The notes beneath the pieces were generated by a model that was not told the origin of the DNA, searched no databases, and worked only from the letters and a program-made list of their open reading frames with translations. Positions 52,400 through 64,000 of a stretch of 64,000 bases of DNA are shown one piece after another (positions within the stretch are counted from its first letter, which is position 1; each line of letters begins with the position of its first letter). This DNA is from Azolla caroliniana (taxonomy: Eukaryota > Plantae > Polypodiophyta): contig JBHGNT010000023.1 of the NCBI GenBank assembly GCA_043228905.1, positions 62,001 to 126,000 on the forward strand, given 5' to 3'. Both the position numbers and the translations under genes were made by a program.

Positions 52400-55070
52400 G
52401 CTATGATACAGAATTAAAAAATCAAGATTTTGAAACTCAGGTCAAGAGACATGAAGAAATTAGCAAATTTGAGGAGCGAGTGGACAAGAGATAGTAGCTA
52501 AATTAAAATGTTCATACCTGGCTCGTGTGATATCGGATTTTTGTGTTCAAACATGCGAATCGAAGCTAACTACGCTACCTATGATACAGAATTAAAAAAT
52601 CAAGATTTTGAAACTCAGGTCAAGAGACATGAACAAATTAGCAAATTTGAGGAGGGAGTGGACAAGAGATAGTAGGTAAATTAAAATGTTCATACCTGGC
52701 TCGTTTGATATCGGCTTTTTATGTTCAAACATGCGAATCGAAGCTAACTACGCTAGCTATGATACAGAATTAAAAAATCAAGATTTTGAAACTCAGGTCG
52801 AGAGACATGAACAAATTAGCAAATTTGAGGAGGGAGTGGACAAGAGCTAGTAGGTAAATTAAAATATTCATACCTGGCTCGCGTGATATCGGATTTTTGT
52901 GTTCAAACATGCGAATCGAAGCTAACTACGCTAGCTATGATATAGAATTAAAAAATCAAGATTTTGAAACTCAGGTCGACAGACATGATAGAATTAGCAA
53001 ATTTGAGGAGGGAGTGGACAAGAGATAGTAGGTAAATTAAAATGTTCATACCTGGCTCGTGTGATATCGGATTTTTGTGTTCAAACATGCGAATCGAAGC
53101 TAACTACGCTAGCTATGATACAGAATTAAAAAATCAAGATTTTCAAACTCAGGTCAAGAGACATGAACAAATTAGCAAATTTGAGGAGGGAGTGGACAAG
53201 AGATAGTAGCTAAATTAAAATGTTCATACCTGGCTCGTGTGATATCGGATTTTTGTGTTCAAACATGCGAATCGAAGCTAACTACGCTAGCTATGATACA
53301 GAATTAAAAAATCAAGATTTTGAAACTCAGGTCGACAGACATGATAGAATTAGCAAATTTGAGGAGGGAGTGGAGAAGAGATAGTAGCTAAATTAAAATG
53401 TTCATACCTGGCTCGTGTGATATCGGATTTTTGTGTTCAAACATGCCAATCGAAGCTTACTACGCTAGCTATGATACAGAATTAAAAAATCAAGATTTTG
53501 AAACTCAGGTCGAGAGACATGAACAAATTAGCAAATTTGAGGAGGGAGTGGACAAGAGCTAGTAGGTAAATTAAAATATTCATACCTGGCTCGCGTGATA
53601 TTGGATTTTTGTGTTCAAACATGCGAATCGAAGCTAACTACGCTAGCTATGATATAGAATTAAAAAATCAAGATTTTCAAACTCAGGTCGAGAGACATGA
53701 ACAAATTAGCAAATTTGAGGAGGGAGTGGACAAGAGATAGTAGCTAAATTAAAATGTTCATACCTGGCTCGTGTGATATCGGATTTTTGTGTTCAAACAT
53801 GCGAATCGAAGCTAACTACGCTACCTATGATACAGAATTAAAAAATCAAGATTTTGAAACTCAGGTCAAGAGACATGAAGAAATTAGCAAATTTGAGGAG
53901 CGAGTGGACAAGAGATAGTAGGTAAATTAAAATGTTCATACCTGGCTCGTGTGATATCGGATTTTTGTGTTCGAACATGCGAATCGAAGCTAACTACGCT
54001 ACCTATGATACAGAATTAAAAAATCAAGATTTTGAAACTCAGGTCAAGAGACATGAACAAATTAGCAAATTTGAGGAGGGAGTGGACAAGAGATAGTAGG
54101 TAAATTAAAATGTTCATACCTGGCTCGTTTGATATCGGCTTTTTATGTTCAAACATGCGAATCGAAGCTAACTACGCTAGCTATGATACAGAATTAAAAA
54201 ATCAAGATTTTGAAACTCAGGTCGAGAGACATGAACAAATTAGCAAATTTGAGGAGGGAGTGGACAAGAGCTAGTAGGTAAATTAAAATATTCATACCTG
54301 GCTCGCGTGATATCGGATTTTTGTGTTCAAACATGCGAATCGAAGCTAACTACGCTAGCTATGATATAGAATTAAAAAATCAAGATTTTGAAACTCAGGT
54401 CGACAGACATGATAGAATTAGCAAATTTGAGGAGGGAGTGGACAAGAGATAGTAGGTAAATTAAAATGTTCATACCTGGCTCGTGTGATATCGGATTTTT
54501 GTATTCAAACATGCGAATCGAAGCTAACTACGCTAGCTATGATACAGAATTAAAAAATCAAGATTTTCAAACTCAGGTCAAGAGACATGAACAAATTAGC
54601 AAATTTGAGGAGGGAGTGGACAAGAGATAGTAGCTAAATTAAAATGTTCATACCTGGCTCGTGTGATATCGGATTTTTGTGTTCAAACATGCGAATCGAA
54701 GCTAACTACGCTAGCTATGATACAGAATTAAAAAATCAAGATTTTGAAACTCAGGTCGATAGACATGATAGAATTAGCAAATTTGAGGAGGGAGTGGAGA
54801 AGAGATAGTAGCTAAATTAAAATGTTCATACCTGGCTCGTGTGATATCGGATTTTTGTGTTCAAACATGCCAATCGAAGCTTACTACGCTAGCTATGATA
54901 CAGAATTAAAAAATCAAGATTTTGAAACTCAGGTCGAGAGACATGAACAAATTAGCAAATTTGAGGAGGGAGTGGACAAGAGCTAGTAGGTAAATTAAAA
55001 TATTCATACCTGGCTCGCGTGATATTGGATTTTTGTGTTCAAACATGCGAATCGAAGCTAACTACGCTAG
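52400..55070 (+). repeat. Tandem duplication of an 8-monomer HOR (1424 bp)
   Basis: GGCTTTTTAT at 52713/54137 and GCCAATCGAAGCTTAC at 53445/54869 (offset 1424 = 8x178). Confidence 0.82.
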
Positions 55071-56189
55071 CTATGATATAGAATTAAAAAATCAAGATTT
55101 TGAAACTTAGGTCGACAGACATGAACAAATTAGCAAATTTGAGGAGGGAGTGGACAAGAGATAGTAGGTAAATTAAAATGTTCATACCTGGCTCGTGTGA
55201 TATCGGATTTTTGTGTTCAAACATGCGAATCGAAGCTAACTACGCTAGCTATGATACAGAATTAAAAAATCAAGATTTTGAAACTCAGGTCGAGAGACAT
55301 GAACAAATTAGCAAATTTGAGGAGGGAGTGGACAAGACCTAGTAGGTAAATTAAAATGTTCATACGTGGCTCGTGTGATATCGGATTTTTGTGTTCAAAC
55401 ATGCGAATCGAAGCTAACTACGCTAGCTATGATACAGAATTAAAAAATCAAGATTTTGAAACTCAGGTCGAGAGACATGAACAAATTAGCAAATTTGAGG
55501 AGGGAGTGGACAAGAGCTAGTAGGTAAATTAAAATATTCATACCTGGCTCGTTTGATATCGGATTTTTGTGTTCAAACATGCGAATCGAAGCTAACTACG
55601 CTAGCTATGATACAGAATTAAAAAATCAAGATTTTGAAACTCAGGTCGAGAGACATGAACAAATTAGCAAATTTGAGGAGGGAGTGGACAAGAGCTAGTA
55701 GGTAAATTAAAATATTCATACCTGGCTCGTTTGATATCGGATTTTTGTGTTCAAACATGCGAATCGAAGCTAACTACGCTAGCTATGATATAGAATTAAA
55801 AAATCAAGATTTTGAAACTCAGGTCGAGAGACATGAAGAAATTAGCAAATTTGAGGAGGGAGTGGACAAGACCTAGTAGGTAAATTAAAATGTTCATACC
55901 TGGCTCGTTTGATATCGGATTTTTGTGTTCAAACATGTGAATCGAAGCTAACTACGCTAGCTATGATATAGAATTAAAAAATCAAGATGTTGAAACTCAG
56001 GTCGAGAGGCATGAAGAAATTAGCAAATTTGAGGAGGGAGTGGACAAGAGCTAGTAGGTAAATTAAAATATTCATACCTGGCTCGTTTGATATCGGATTT
56101 TTGTGTTCAAACATGCGAATCGAAGCTAACTACGCTAGCTATGATACAGAATTAAAAAATCAAGATTTTGAAACTCAGGTCGAGAGACA

Positions 56190-59100
56190 TGAACAAATTA
56201 GCAAATTTGAGGAGGGAGTGGACAAGAGCTAGTAGGTAAATTAAAATATTCATACCTGGCTCGCGTGATATTGGATTTTTGTGTTCAAACATGCGAATCG
56301 AAGCTAACTACGCTAGCTATGATACAGAATTAAAAAATCAAGATTTTGAAACTTAGGTCGACAGACATGATAGAATTAGCAAATTTGAGAAGGGAGTGGA
56401 CAAGAGATAGTAGGTAAATTAAAATGTTCATACATGGCTCGTTTGATATCGGATTTTTGTGTTCAAACATGCCAATCGAAGCAAACTACGCTAGCTATGA
56501 TATAGAATTAAAAAATCAAGATTTTGAAACTCAGGTCGAGAGACATGAACAAATTAGCAAATTTGAGGAGGGAGTGGACAAGAGCTACTAGGTAAATTAA
56601 AATATTCATACCTGGCTCGTGTGATATCGGATTTTTCTGTTCAAACATGCGAATCGAAACTAACTACGCTAGCTATGATACAGAATTAAAAAATCAAGAT
56701 TTTGAAACTCAGGTCAAGAGACATGAAGAAATTAGCAAATTTGAGAAGCGAGTGGACAAGAGATAGTAGCTAAATTAAAATGTTCATACCTGGCTCGTGT
56801 GATATCGGATTTTTGTGTTCAAACATGCGAATCGAAGCTAACTACGCTACCTATGATACAGAATTAAAAAATCAAGATTTTGAAACTCAGGTCAAGAGAC
56901 ATGAACAAATTAGCAAATTTGAGGAGGGAGTGGACAAGAGATAGTAGGTAAATTAAAATGTTCATACCTGGCTCGTGTGATATCGGATTTTTGTGTTCAA
57001 ACATGTGAATCGAAGCTAACGACGCTAGCTATGATATAGAATTAAAAAATCAAGATGTTGAAACTCAGGTCGAGAGACATGAAGAAATTAGCAAATTTGA
57101 GGAGGGAGTGGACAAGACCTAGTAGGTAAATTAAAATGTTCATACCTGGCTCGTTTGATATCGGATTTTTGTGTTCAAACATGCGAATCGAAGCTAACTA
57201 CGCTAGCTATGATATAGAATTAAAAAATCAAGATTTTGAAACTCAGGTCGAGAGACATGAACAAATTAGCAAATTTGAGGAGGGAGTGGACAAGAGATAG
57301 TAGCTAAATTAAAATGTTCATACCTGGCTCGTGTGATATCGGATTTTTATGTTCAAACATGCGAATCGAAGCCAACTACGCTAGCTATGATACAGAATTA
57401 AAAAATCAAGATTTTGAAACTCAGGTCGAGAGACATGAACAAATTAGCAAATTTGAGGAGGGAGTGGACAAGAGATAGTAGGTAAATTAAAATGTTCATA
57501 CCTGGCTCGTGTGATATCGGATTTTTGTGTTCAAACATGTGAATCCAAGCTAACGACGCTAGCTATGATATAGAATTAAAAAATCAAGATGTTGAAACTC
57601 AGGTCGAGAGACATGAAGAAATTAGCAAATTTGAGGAGGGAGTGGACAAGACCTAGTAGGTAAATTAAAATGTTCATACCTGGCTCGTTTGATATCGGAT
57701 TTTTGTGTTCAAACATGTGAATCGAAGCTAACTACGCTAGCTATGATATAGAATTAAAAAATCAAGATGTTGAAACTCAGGTCGAGAGACATGAACAAAT
57801 TAGCAAATTTGAGGAGGGAGTGGACAAGAGCTAGTAGGTAAATTAAAATATTCATACCTGGCTCGCGTGATATTGGATTTTTGTGTTCAAACATGCGAAT
57901 CGAAGCTAACTACGCTAGCTATGATACAGAATTAAAAAATCAAGATTTTGAAACTTAGGTCGACAGACATGATAGAATTAGCAAATTTGAGAAGGGAGTG
58001 GACAAGAGATAGTAGGTAAATTAAAATGTTCATACATGGCTCGTTTGATATCGGATTTTTGTGTTCAAACATGCCAATCGAAGCAAACTACGCTAGCTAT
58101 GATATAGAATTAAAAAATCAAGATTTTGAAACTCAGGTCGAGAGACATGAACAAATTAGCAAATTTGAGGAGGGAGTGGACAAGAGCTACTAGGTAAATT
58201 AAAATATTCATACCTGGCTCGTGTGATATCGGATTTTTCTGTTCAAACATGCGAATCGAAACTAACTACGCTAGCTATGATACAGAATTAAAAAATCAAG
58301 ATTTTGAAACTCAGGTCAAGAGACATGAAGAAATTAGCAAATTTGAGAAGCGAGTGGACAAGAGATAGTAGCTAAATTAAAATGTTCATACCTGGCTCGT
58401 GTGATATCGGATTTTTGTGTTCAAACATGCGAATCGAAGCTAACTACGCTACCTATGATACAGAATTAAAAAATCAAGATTTTGAAACTCAGGTCAAGAG
58501 ACATGAACAAATTAGCAAATTTGAGGAGGGAGTGGACAAGAGATAGTAGGTAAATTAAAATGTTCATACCTGGCTCGTGTGATATCGGATTTTTGTGTTC
58601 AAACATGTGAATCGAAGCTAACGACGCTAGCTATGATATAGAATTAAAAAATCAAGATGTTGAAACTCAGGTCGAGAGACATGAAGAAATTAGCAAATTT
58701 GAGGAGGGAGTGGACAAGACCTAGTAGGTAAATTAAAATGTTCATACCTGGCTCGTTTGATATCGGATTTTTGTGTTCAAACATGCGAATCGAAGCTAAC
58801 TACGCTAGCTATGATATAGAATTAAAAAATCAAGATTTTGAAACTCAGGTCGAGAGACATGAACAAATTAGCAAATTTGAGGAGGGAGTGGACAAGAGAT
58901 AGTAGCTAAATTAAAATGTTCATACCTGGCTCGTGTGATATCGGATTTTTATGTTCAAACATGCGAATCGAAGCCAACTACGCTAGCTATGATACAGAAT
59001 TAAAAAATCAAGATTTTGAAACTCAGGTCGAGAGACATGAACAAATTAGCAAATTTGAGGAGGGAGTGGACAAGAGATAGTAGGTAAATTAAAATGTTCA

Positions 59101-59390
59101 TACCTGGCTCGTGTGATATCGGATTTTTGTGTTCAAACATGTGAATCCAAGCTAACGACGCTAGCTATGATAGAGAATTAAAAAATCAAGATGTTGAAAC
59201 TCAGGTCGAGAGACATGAAGAAATTAGCAAATTTGAGGAGGGAGTGGACAAGACCTAGTAGGTAAATTAAAATGTTCATACCTGGCTCGTTTGATATCGG
59301 ATTTTTGTGTTCAAACATGTGAATCGAAGCTAACTACGCTAGCTATGATATAGAATTAAAAAATCAAGATGTTGAAACTCAGGTCGAGAG
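56190..59390 (+). repeat. Tandem duplication of a 9-monomer HOR (1602 bp)
   Basis: TACATGG at 56431/58033 and AATCCAAG at 57542/59144; GAGAAGGG, GCAAACTA and GCCAACTA also recur at offset 1602. Confidence 0.88.
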
Positions 59391-61369
59391 ACATGAAGAA
59401 ATTAGCAAATTTGAGGAGGGAGTGGACAAGACCTAGTAGGTAAATTAAAATGTTCATACCTGGCTCGTTTGATATCGGATTTTTGTGTTCAAACATGCGA
59501 ATCGAAGCTAACTACGCTAGCTATGATACAGAATTAAAAAATGAAGATTTTGAAACTCAGGTCAAGAGACATGAAGAAATTAGCAAATTTGAGGAGCGAG
59601 TGGACAAGAGATAGTAGCTAAATTAAAATGTTCATACCTGGCTCGTGTGATATCGGATTTTTGTGTTCAAACATGCGAATCGAAGCTAACTACGCTACCT
59701 ATGATACAGAATTAAAAAATCAAGATTTTGAAACTCAGGTCAAGAGACATGAACAAATTAGCAAATTTGAGGAGGGAGTGGACAAGAGATAGTAGGTAAA
59801 TTAAAATGTTCATACCTGGCTCGTGTGATATCGGATTTTTATGTTCAAACATGCGAATCGAAGCTAACTACGCTAGCTATGATACAGAATTAAAAAATCA
59901 AGATTTTGAAACTCAGGTCGAGAGACATGAACAAATTAGCAAATTTGAAGAGGGAGTGGACAAGAGCTAGTAGGTAAATTAAAATATTCATACCTGGCTC
60001 GTGTGATATCGGATTTTTGTGTTCAAACATGCGAATCGAAGCTAACTACGCTAGCTATGATATAGAATTAAAAAATCAAGATTTTGAAACATAGGTCGAG
60101 AGACATGAACAAATTAGCAAATTTTAGGAGGGAGTGGACAAGAGCTAGTAGGTAAATTAAAATGTTCATACCTGGCTCGTGTGATATCGGATTTTTGTGT
60201 TCAAACATGCGAATCGAAGCTAACTACGCTAGCTATGATACAGAATTAAAAAATCAAGATTTTGAAACTCAGGTTGATAGACATGAAGAAATTAGTAAAT
60301 TTGAGGAGGGAGTGGACAAGAGCTACTAGGTAAATTAAAATATTCATACCTGGCTCGTGTGATATCGGATTTTTCTGTTCAAACATGCGAATCGAAACTA
60401 ACTACGCTAGCTATGATACAGAATTAAAAAATCAAGATTTTAAAACTCAGGTCAAGAGACATGAACAAATTAGCAAATTTGAGGAGGGAGTGGACAAGAG
60501 ATAGTAGGTAAATTAAAATGTTCATACCTGGCTCGTGTGATATCGGAGTTTTGTGTTCAAACATGTGAATCGAAGCTAACGACGCTAGCTATGATATAGA
60601 ATTAAAAAATCAAGATGTTGAAACTCAGGTCGAGAGACATGAAGAAATTAGCAAATTTGAGGAGGGAGTGGACAAGAGCTAGTAGGTAAATTAAAATGTT
60701 CATACCTGGCTCGTTTGATATCGGATTTTTGTGTTCAAACATGCGAATCGAAGCTAACTACGCTAGCTATGATATAGAATTAAAAAATCAAGATTTTGAA
60801 ACTCAGGTCGAGAGACATGAACAAATTAGCAAATTTGAGGAGGGAGTGGACAAGAGATAGTAGCTAAATTAAAATGTTCATACCTGGCTCGTGTGATATC
60901 GGATTTTTATGTTCAAACATGCGAATCGAAGCCAACTACGCTAGCTATGATACAGAATTAAAAAATCAAGATTTTGAAACTCAGGTCGAGAGACATGAAC
61001 AAATTAGCAAATTTGAGGAGGGAGTGGACAAGAGATAGTAGGTAAATTAAAATGTTCATACCTGGCTCGTGTGATACCGGATTTTTGTGTTCAAACATGT
61101 GAATCGAAGCTAACGACGCTAGCTATGATATAGAATTAAAAAATCAAGATGTTGAAACTCAGGTCGAGAGACATGAAGAAATTAGCAAATTTGAGGAGGG
61201 AGTGGACAAGACCTAGTAGGTAAATTAAAATGTTCATACCTGGCTCGTTTGATATCGGATTTTTGTGTTCAAACATGCGAATCGAAGCTAACTACGCTAG
61301 CTATGATATAGAATTAAAAAATCAAGATTTTGAAACTCAGGTCGAGAGACATGAACAAATTAGCAAATT

Positions 61370-64000
61370 TGAGGAGGGAGTGGACAAGAGATAGTAGGTA
61401 AATTAAAATGTTCATACCTGGCTCGTGTGATATCGGATTTTTGTATTCAAACATGCGAATCGAAGCTAACTACGCTAGCTATGATACAGAATTAAAAAAT
61501 CAAGATTTTCAAACTCAGGTCAAGAGACATGAACAAATTAGCAAATTTGAGGAGGGAGTGGACAAGAGATAGTAGCTAAATTAAAATGTTCATACCTGGC
61601 TCGTGTGATATCGGATTTTTGTGTTCAAACATGCGAATCGAAGCTAACTACGCTAGCTATGATACAGAATTAAAAAATCAAGATTTTGAAACTCAGGTCG
61701 ATAGACATGATAGAATTAGCAAATTTGAGGAGGGAGTGGAGAAGAGATAGTAGCTAAATTAAAATGTTCATACCTGGCTCGTGTGATATCGGATTTTTGT
61801 GTTCAAACATGCCAATCGAAGCTTACTACGCTAGCTATGATACAGAATTAAAAAATCAAGATTTTGAAACTCAGGTCGAGAGACATGAACAAATTAGCAA
61901 ATTTGAGGAGGGAGTGGACAAGAGCTAGTAGGTAAATTAAAATATTCATACCTGGCTCGCGTGATATTGGATTTTTGTGTTCAAACATGCGAATCGAAGC
62001 TAACTACGCTAGCTATGATATAGAATTAAAAAATCAAGATTTTGAAACTTAGGTCGACAGACATGAACAAATTAGCAAATTTGAGGAGGGAGTGGACAAG
62101 AGATAGTAGGTAAATTAAAATGTTCATACCTGGCTCGTGTGATATCGGATTTTTGTGTTCAAACATGCGAATCGAAGCTAACTACGCTAGCTATGATACA
62201 GAATTAAAAAATCAAGATTTTGAAACTCAGGTCGAGAGACATGAACAAATTAGCAAATTTGAGGAGGGAGTGGACAAGACCTAGTAGGTAAATTAAAATG
62301 TTCATACGTGGCTCGTGTGATATCGGATTTTTGTGTTCAAACATGCGAATCGAAGCTAACTACGCTAGCTATGATACAGAATTAAAAAATCAAGATTTTG
62401 AAACTCAGGTCGAGAGACATGAACAAATTAGCAAATTTGAGGAGGGAGTGGACAAGAGCTAGTAGGTAAATTAAAATATTCATACCTGGCTCGTTTGATA
62501 TCGGATTTTTGTGTTCAAACATGCGAATCGAAGCTAACTACGCTAGCTATGATACAGAATTAAAAAATCAAGATTTTGAAACTCAGGTCGAGAGACATGA
62601 ACAAATTAGCAAATTTGAGGAGGGAGTGGACAAGAGCTAGTAGGTAAATTAAAATATTCATACCTGGCTCGTTTGATATCGGATTTTTGTGTTCAAACAT
62701 GCGAATCGAAGCTAACTACGCTAGCTATGATATAGAATTAAAAAATCAAGATTTTGAAACTCAGGTCGAGAGACATGAAGAAATTAGCAAATTTGAGGAG
62801 GGAGTGGACAAGACCTAGTAGGTAAATTAAAATGTTCATACCTGGCTCGTTTGATATCGGATTTTTGTGTTCAAACATGTGAATCGAAGCTAACTACGCT
62901 AGCTATGATATAGAATTAAAAAATCAAGATGTTGAAACTCAGGTCGAGAGGCATGAAGAAATTAGCAAATTTGAGGAGGGAGTGGACAAGAGCTAGTAGG
63001 TAAATTAAAATATTCATACCTGGCTCGTTTGATATCGGATTTTTGTGTTCAAACATGCGAATCGAAGCTAACTACGCTAGCTATGATACAGAATTAAAAA
63101 ATCAAGATTTTGAAACTCAGGTCGAGAGACATGAACAAATTAGCAAATTTGAGGAGGGAGTGGACAAGAGCTAGTAGGTAAATTAAAATATTCATACCTG
63201 GCTCGCGTGATATTGGATTTTTGTGTTCAAACATGCGAATCGAAGCTAACTACGCTAGCTATGATACAGAATTAAAAAATCAAGATTTTGAAACTTAGGT
63301 CGACAGACATGATAGAATTAGCAAATTTGAGAAGGGAGTGGACAAGAGATAGTAGGTAAATTAAAATGTTCATACATGGCTCGTTTGATATCGGATTTTT
63401 GTGTTCAAACATGCCAATCGAAGCAAACTACGCTAGCTATGATATAGAATTAAAAAATCAAGATTTTGAAACTCAGGTCGAGAGACATGAACAAATTAGC
63501 AAATTTGAGGAGGGAGTGGACAAGAGCTACTAGGTAAATTAAAATATTCATACCTGGCTCGTGTGATATCGGATTTTTCTGTTCAAACATGCGAATCGAA
63601 ACTAACTACGCTAGCTATGATACAGAATTAAAAAATCAAGATTTTGAAACTCAGGTCAAGAGACATGAAGAAATTAGCAAATTTGAGAAGCGAGTGGACA
63701 AGAGATAGTAGCTAAATTAAAATGTTCATACCTGGCTCGTGTGATATCGGATTTTTGTGTTCAAACATGCGAATCGAAGCTAACTACGCTACCTATGATA
63801 CAGAATTAAAAAATCAAGATTTTGAAACTCAGGTCAAGAGACATGAACAAATTAGCAAATTTGAGGAGGGAGTGGACAAGAGATAGTAGGTAAATTAAAA
63901 TGTTCATACCTGGCTCGTGTGATATCGGATTTTTGTGTTCAAACATGTGAATCGAAGCTAACGACGCTAGCTATGATATAGAATTAAAAAATCAAGATGT
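61370..64000 (+). repeat. ~15-monomer near-identical copy of ~54430-57058 (offset 6942 bp = 39 monomers), running off the window end
   Basis: GTATTCAAAC at 54501/61443 and TACATGG at 56431/63373; GTCGATAGACATGATAG and GAGAGGCATG also recur at offset 6942. Confidence 0.88.

Larger units (their letters stand above)
1..64000 (+). repeat. 178-bp tandem satellite array (~360 monomers), probable centromeric/pericentromeric satellite DNA; runs off both window ends
   Basis: GATTTTTGTGTT recurs at 1, 179, 357, 535... (period 178) throughout. Monomers typically differ from consensus at only a few positions and no unique sequence is interspersed. The centromeric role is inferred from monomer size and organisation only. 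Confidence 0.98.

Noticed and set aside
1-64000. CRISPR array or other repeat-spacer system
   Set aside because: There are no unique spacers: the entire 178 bp repeats. No cas or other genes are present.
1-64000. 5S rDNA, tRNA or snRNA tandem gene array
   Set aside because: I recognise no 5S, tRNA or snRNA sequence or Pol III internal boxes on either strand.
1-64000. Identity with Arabidopsis thaliana CEN178 or primate alpha satellite; CENP-B box
   Set aside because: Only the length is similar. The sequence does not match those consensuses as I recall them, and no TTCG....A..CGGG motif is present on either strand of the consensus.
1-64000. Embedded centromeric retrotransposon, solo LTR or telomeric repeat
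   Set aside because: All bases I read map to the satellite monomer, apart from the 12-bp inverted insert, which is itself satellite-derived. No TG...CA LTR, target-site duplication or TTTAGGG/TTAGGG run was seen.

Overview
The whole 64-kb window is one uninterrupted, head-to-tail tandem array of a 178-bp satellite, about 360 monomers, all in the same orientation. By hand count the consensus is ~37% GC with a purine-rich + strand. Consensus read from position 1: GATTTTTGTGTTCAAACATGCGAATCGAAGCTAACTACGCTAGCTATGATACAGAATTAAAAAATCAAGATTTTGAAACTCAGGTCGAGAGACATGAACAAATTAGCAAATTTGAGGAGGGAGTGGACAAGAGCTAGTAGGTAAATTAAAATGTTCATACCTGGCTCGTGTGATATCG. The nucleosome-sized monomer, high homogeneity and local higher-order repeats (HORs) suggest a eukaryotic centromeric or pericentromeric satellite; this is inference, and I do not recognise the family. 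I see no genes, RNA genes, transposons or CRISPR array, and the three ORFs are chance read-throughs of the repeat. I found no new protein-coding system. The informative signal is the array's mutational record: a microhomology-flanked deletion with a templated 23-bp inversion (34.9 kb), a self-templated 176-bp monomer lineage and its 134-bp derivative, a 193-bp monomer lineage, nested 2- to 19-mer duplications, long-range haplotype copies, and cryptic internal sub-repeats. All counts and boundaries were read by eye and are approximate.
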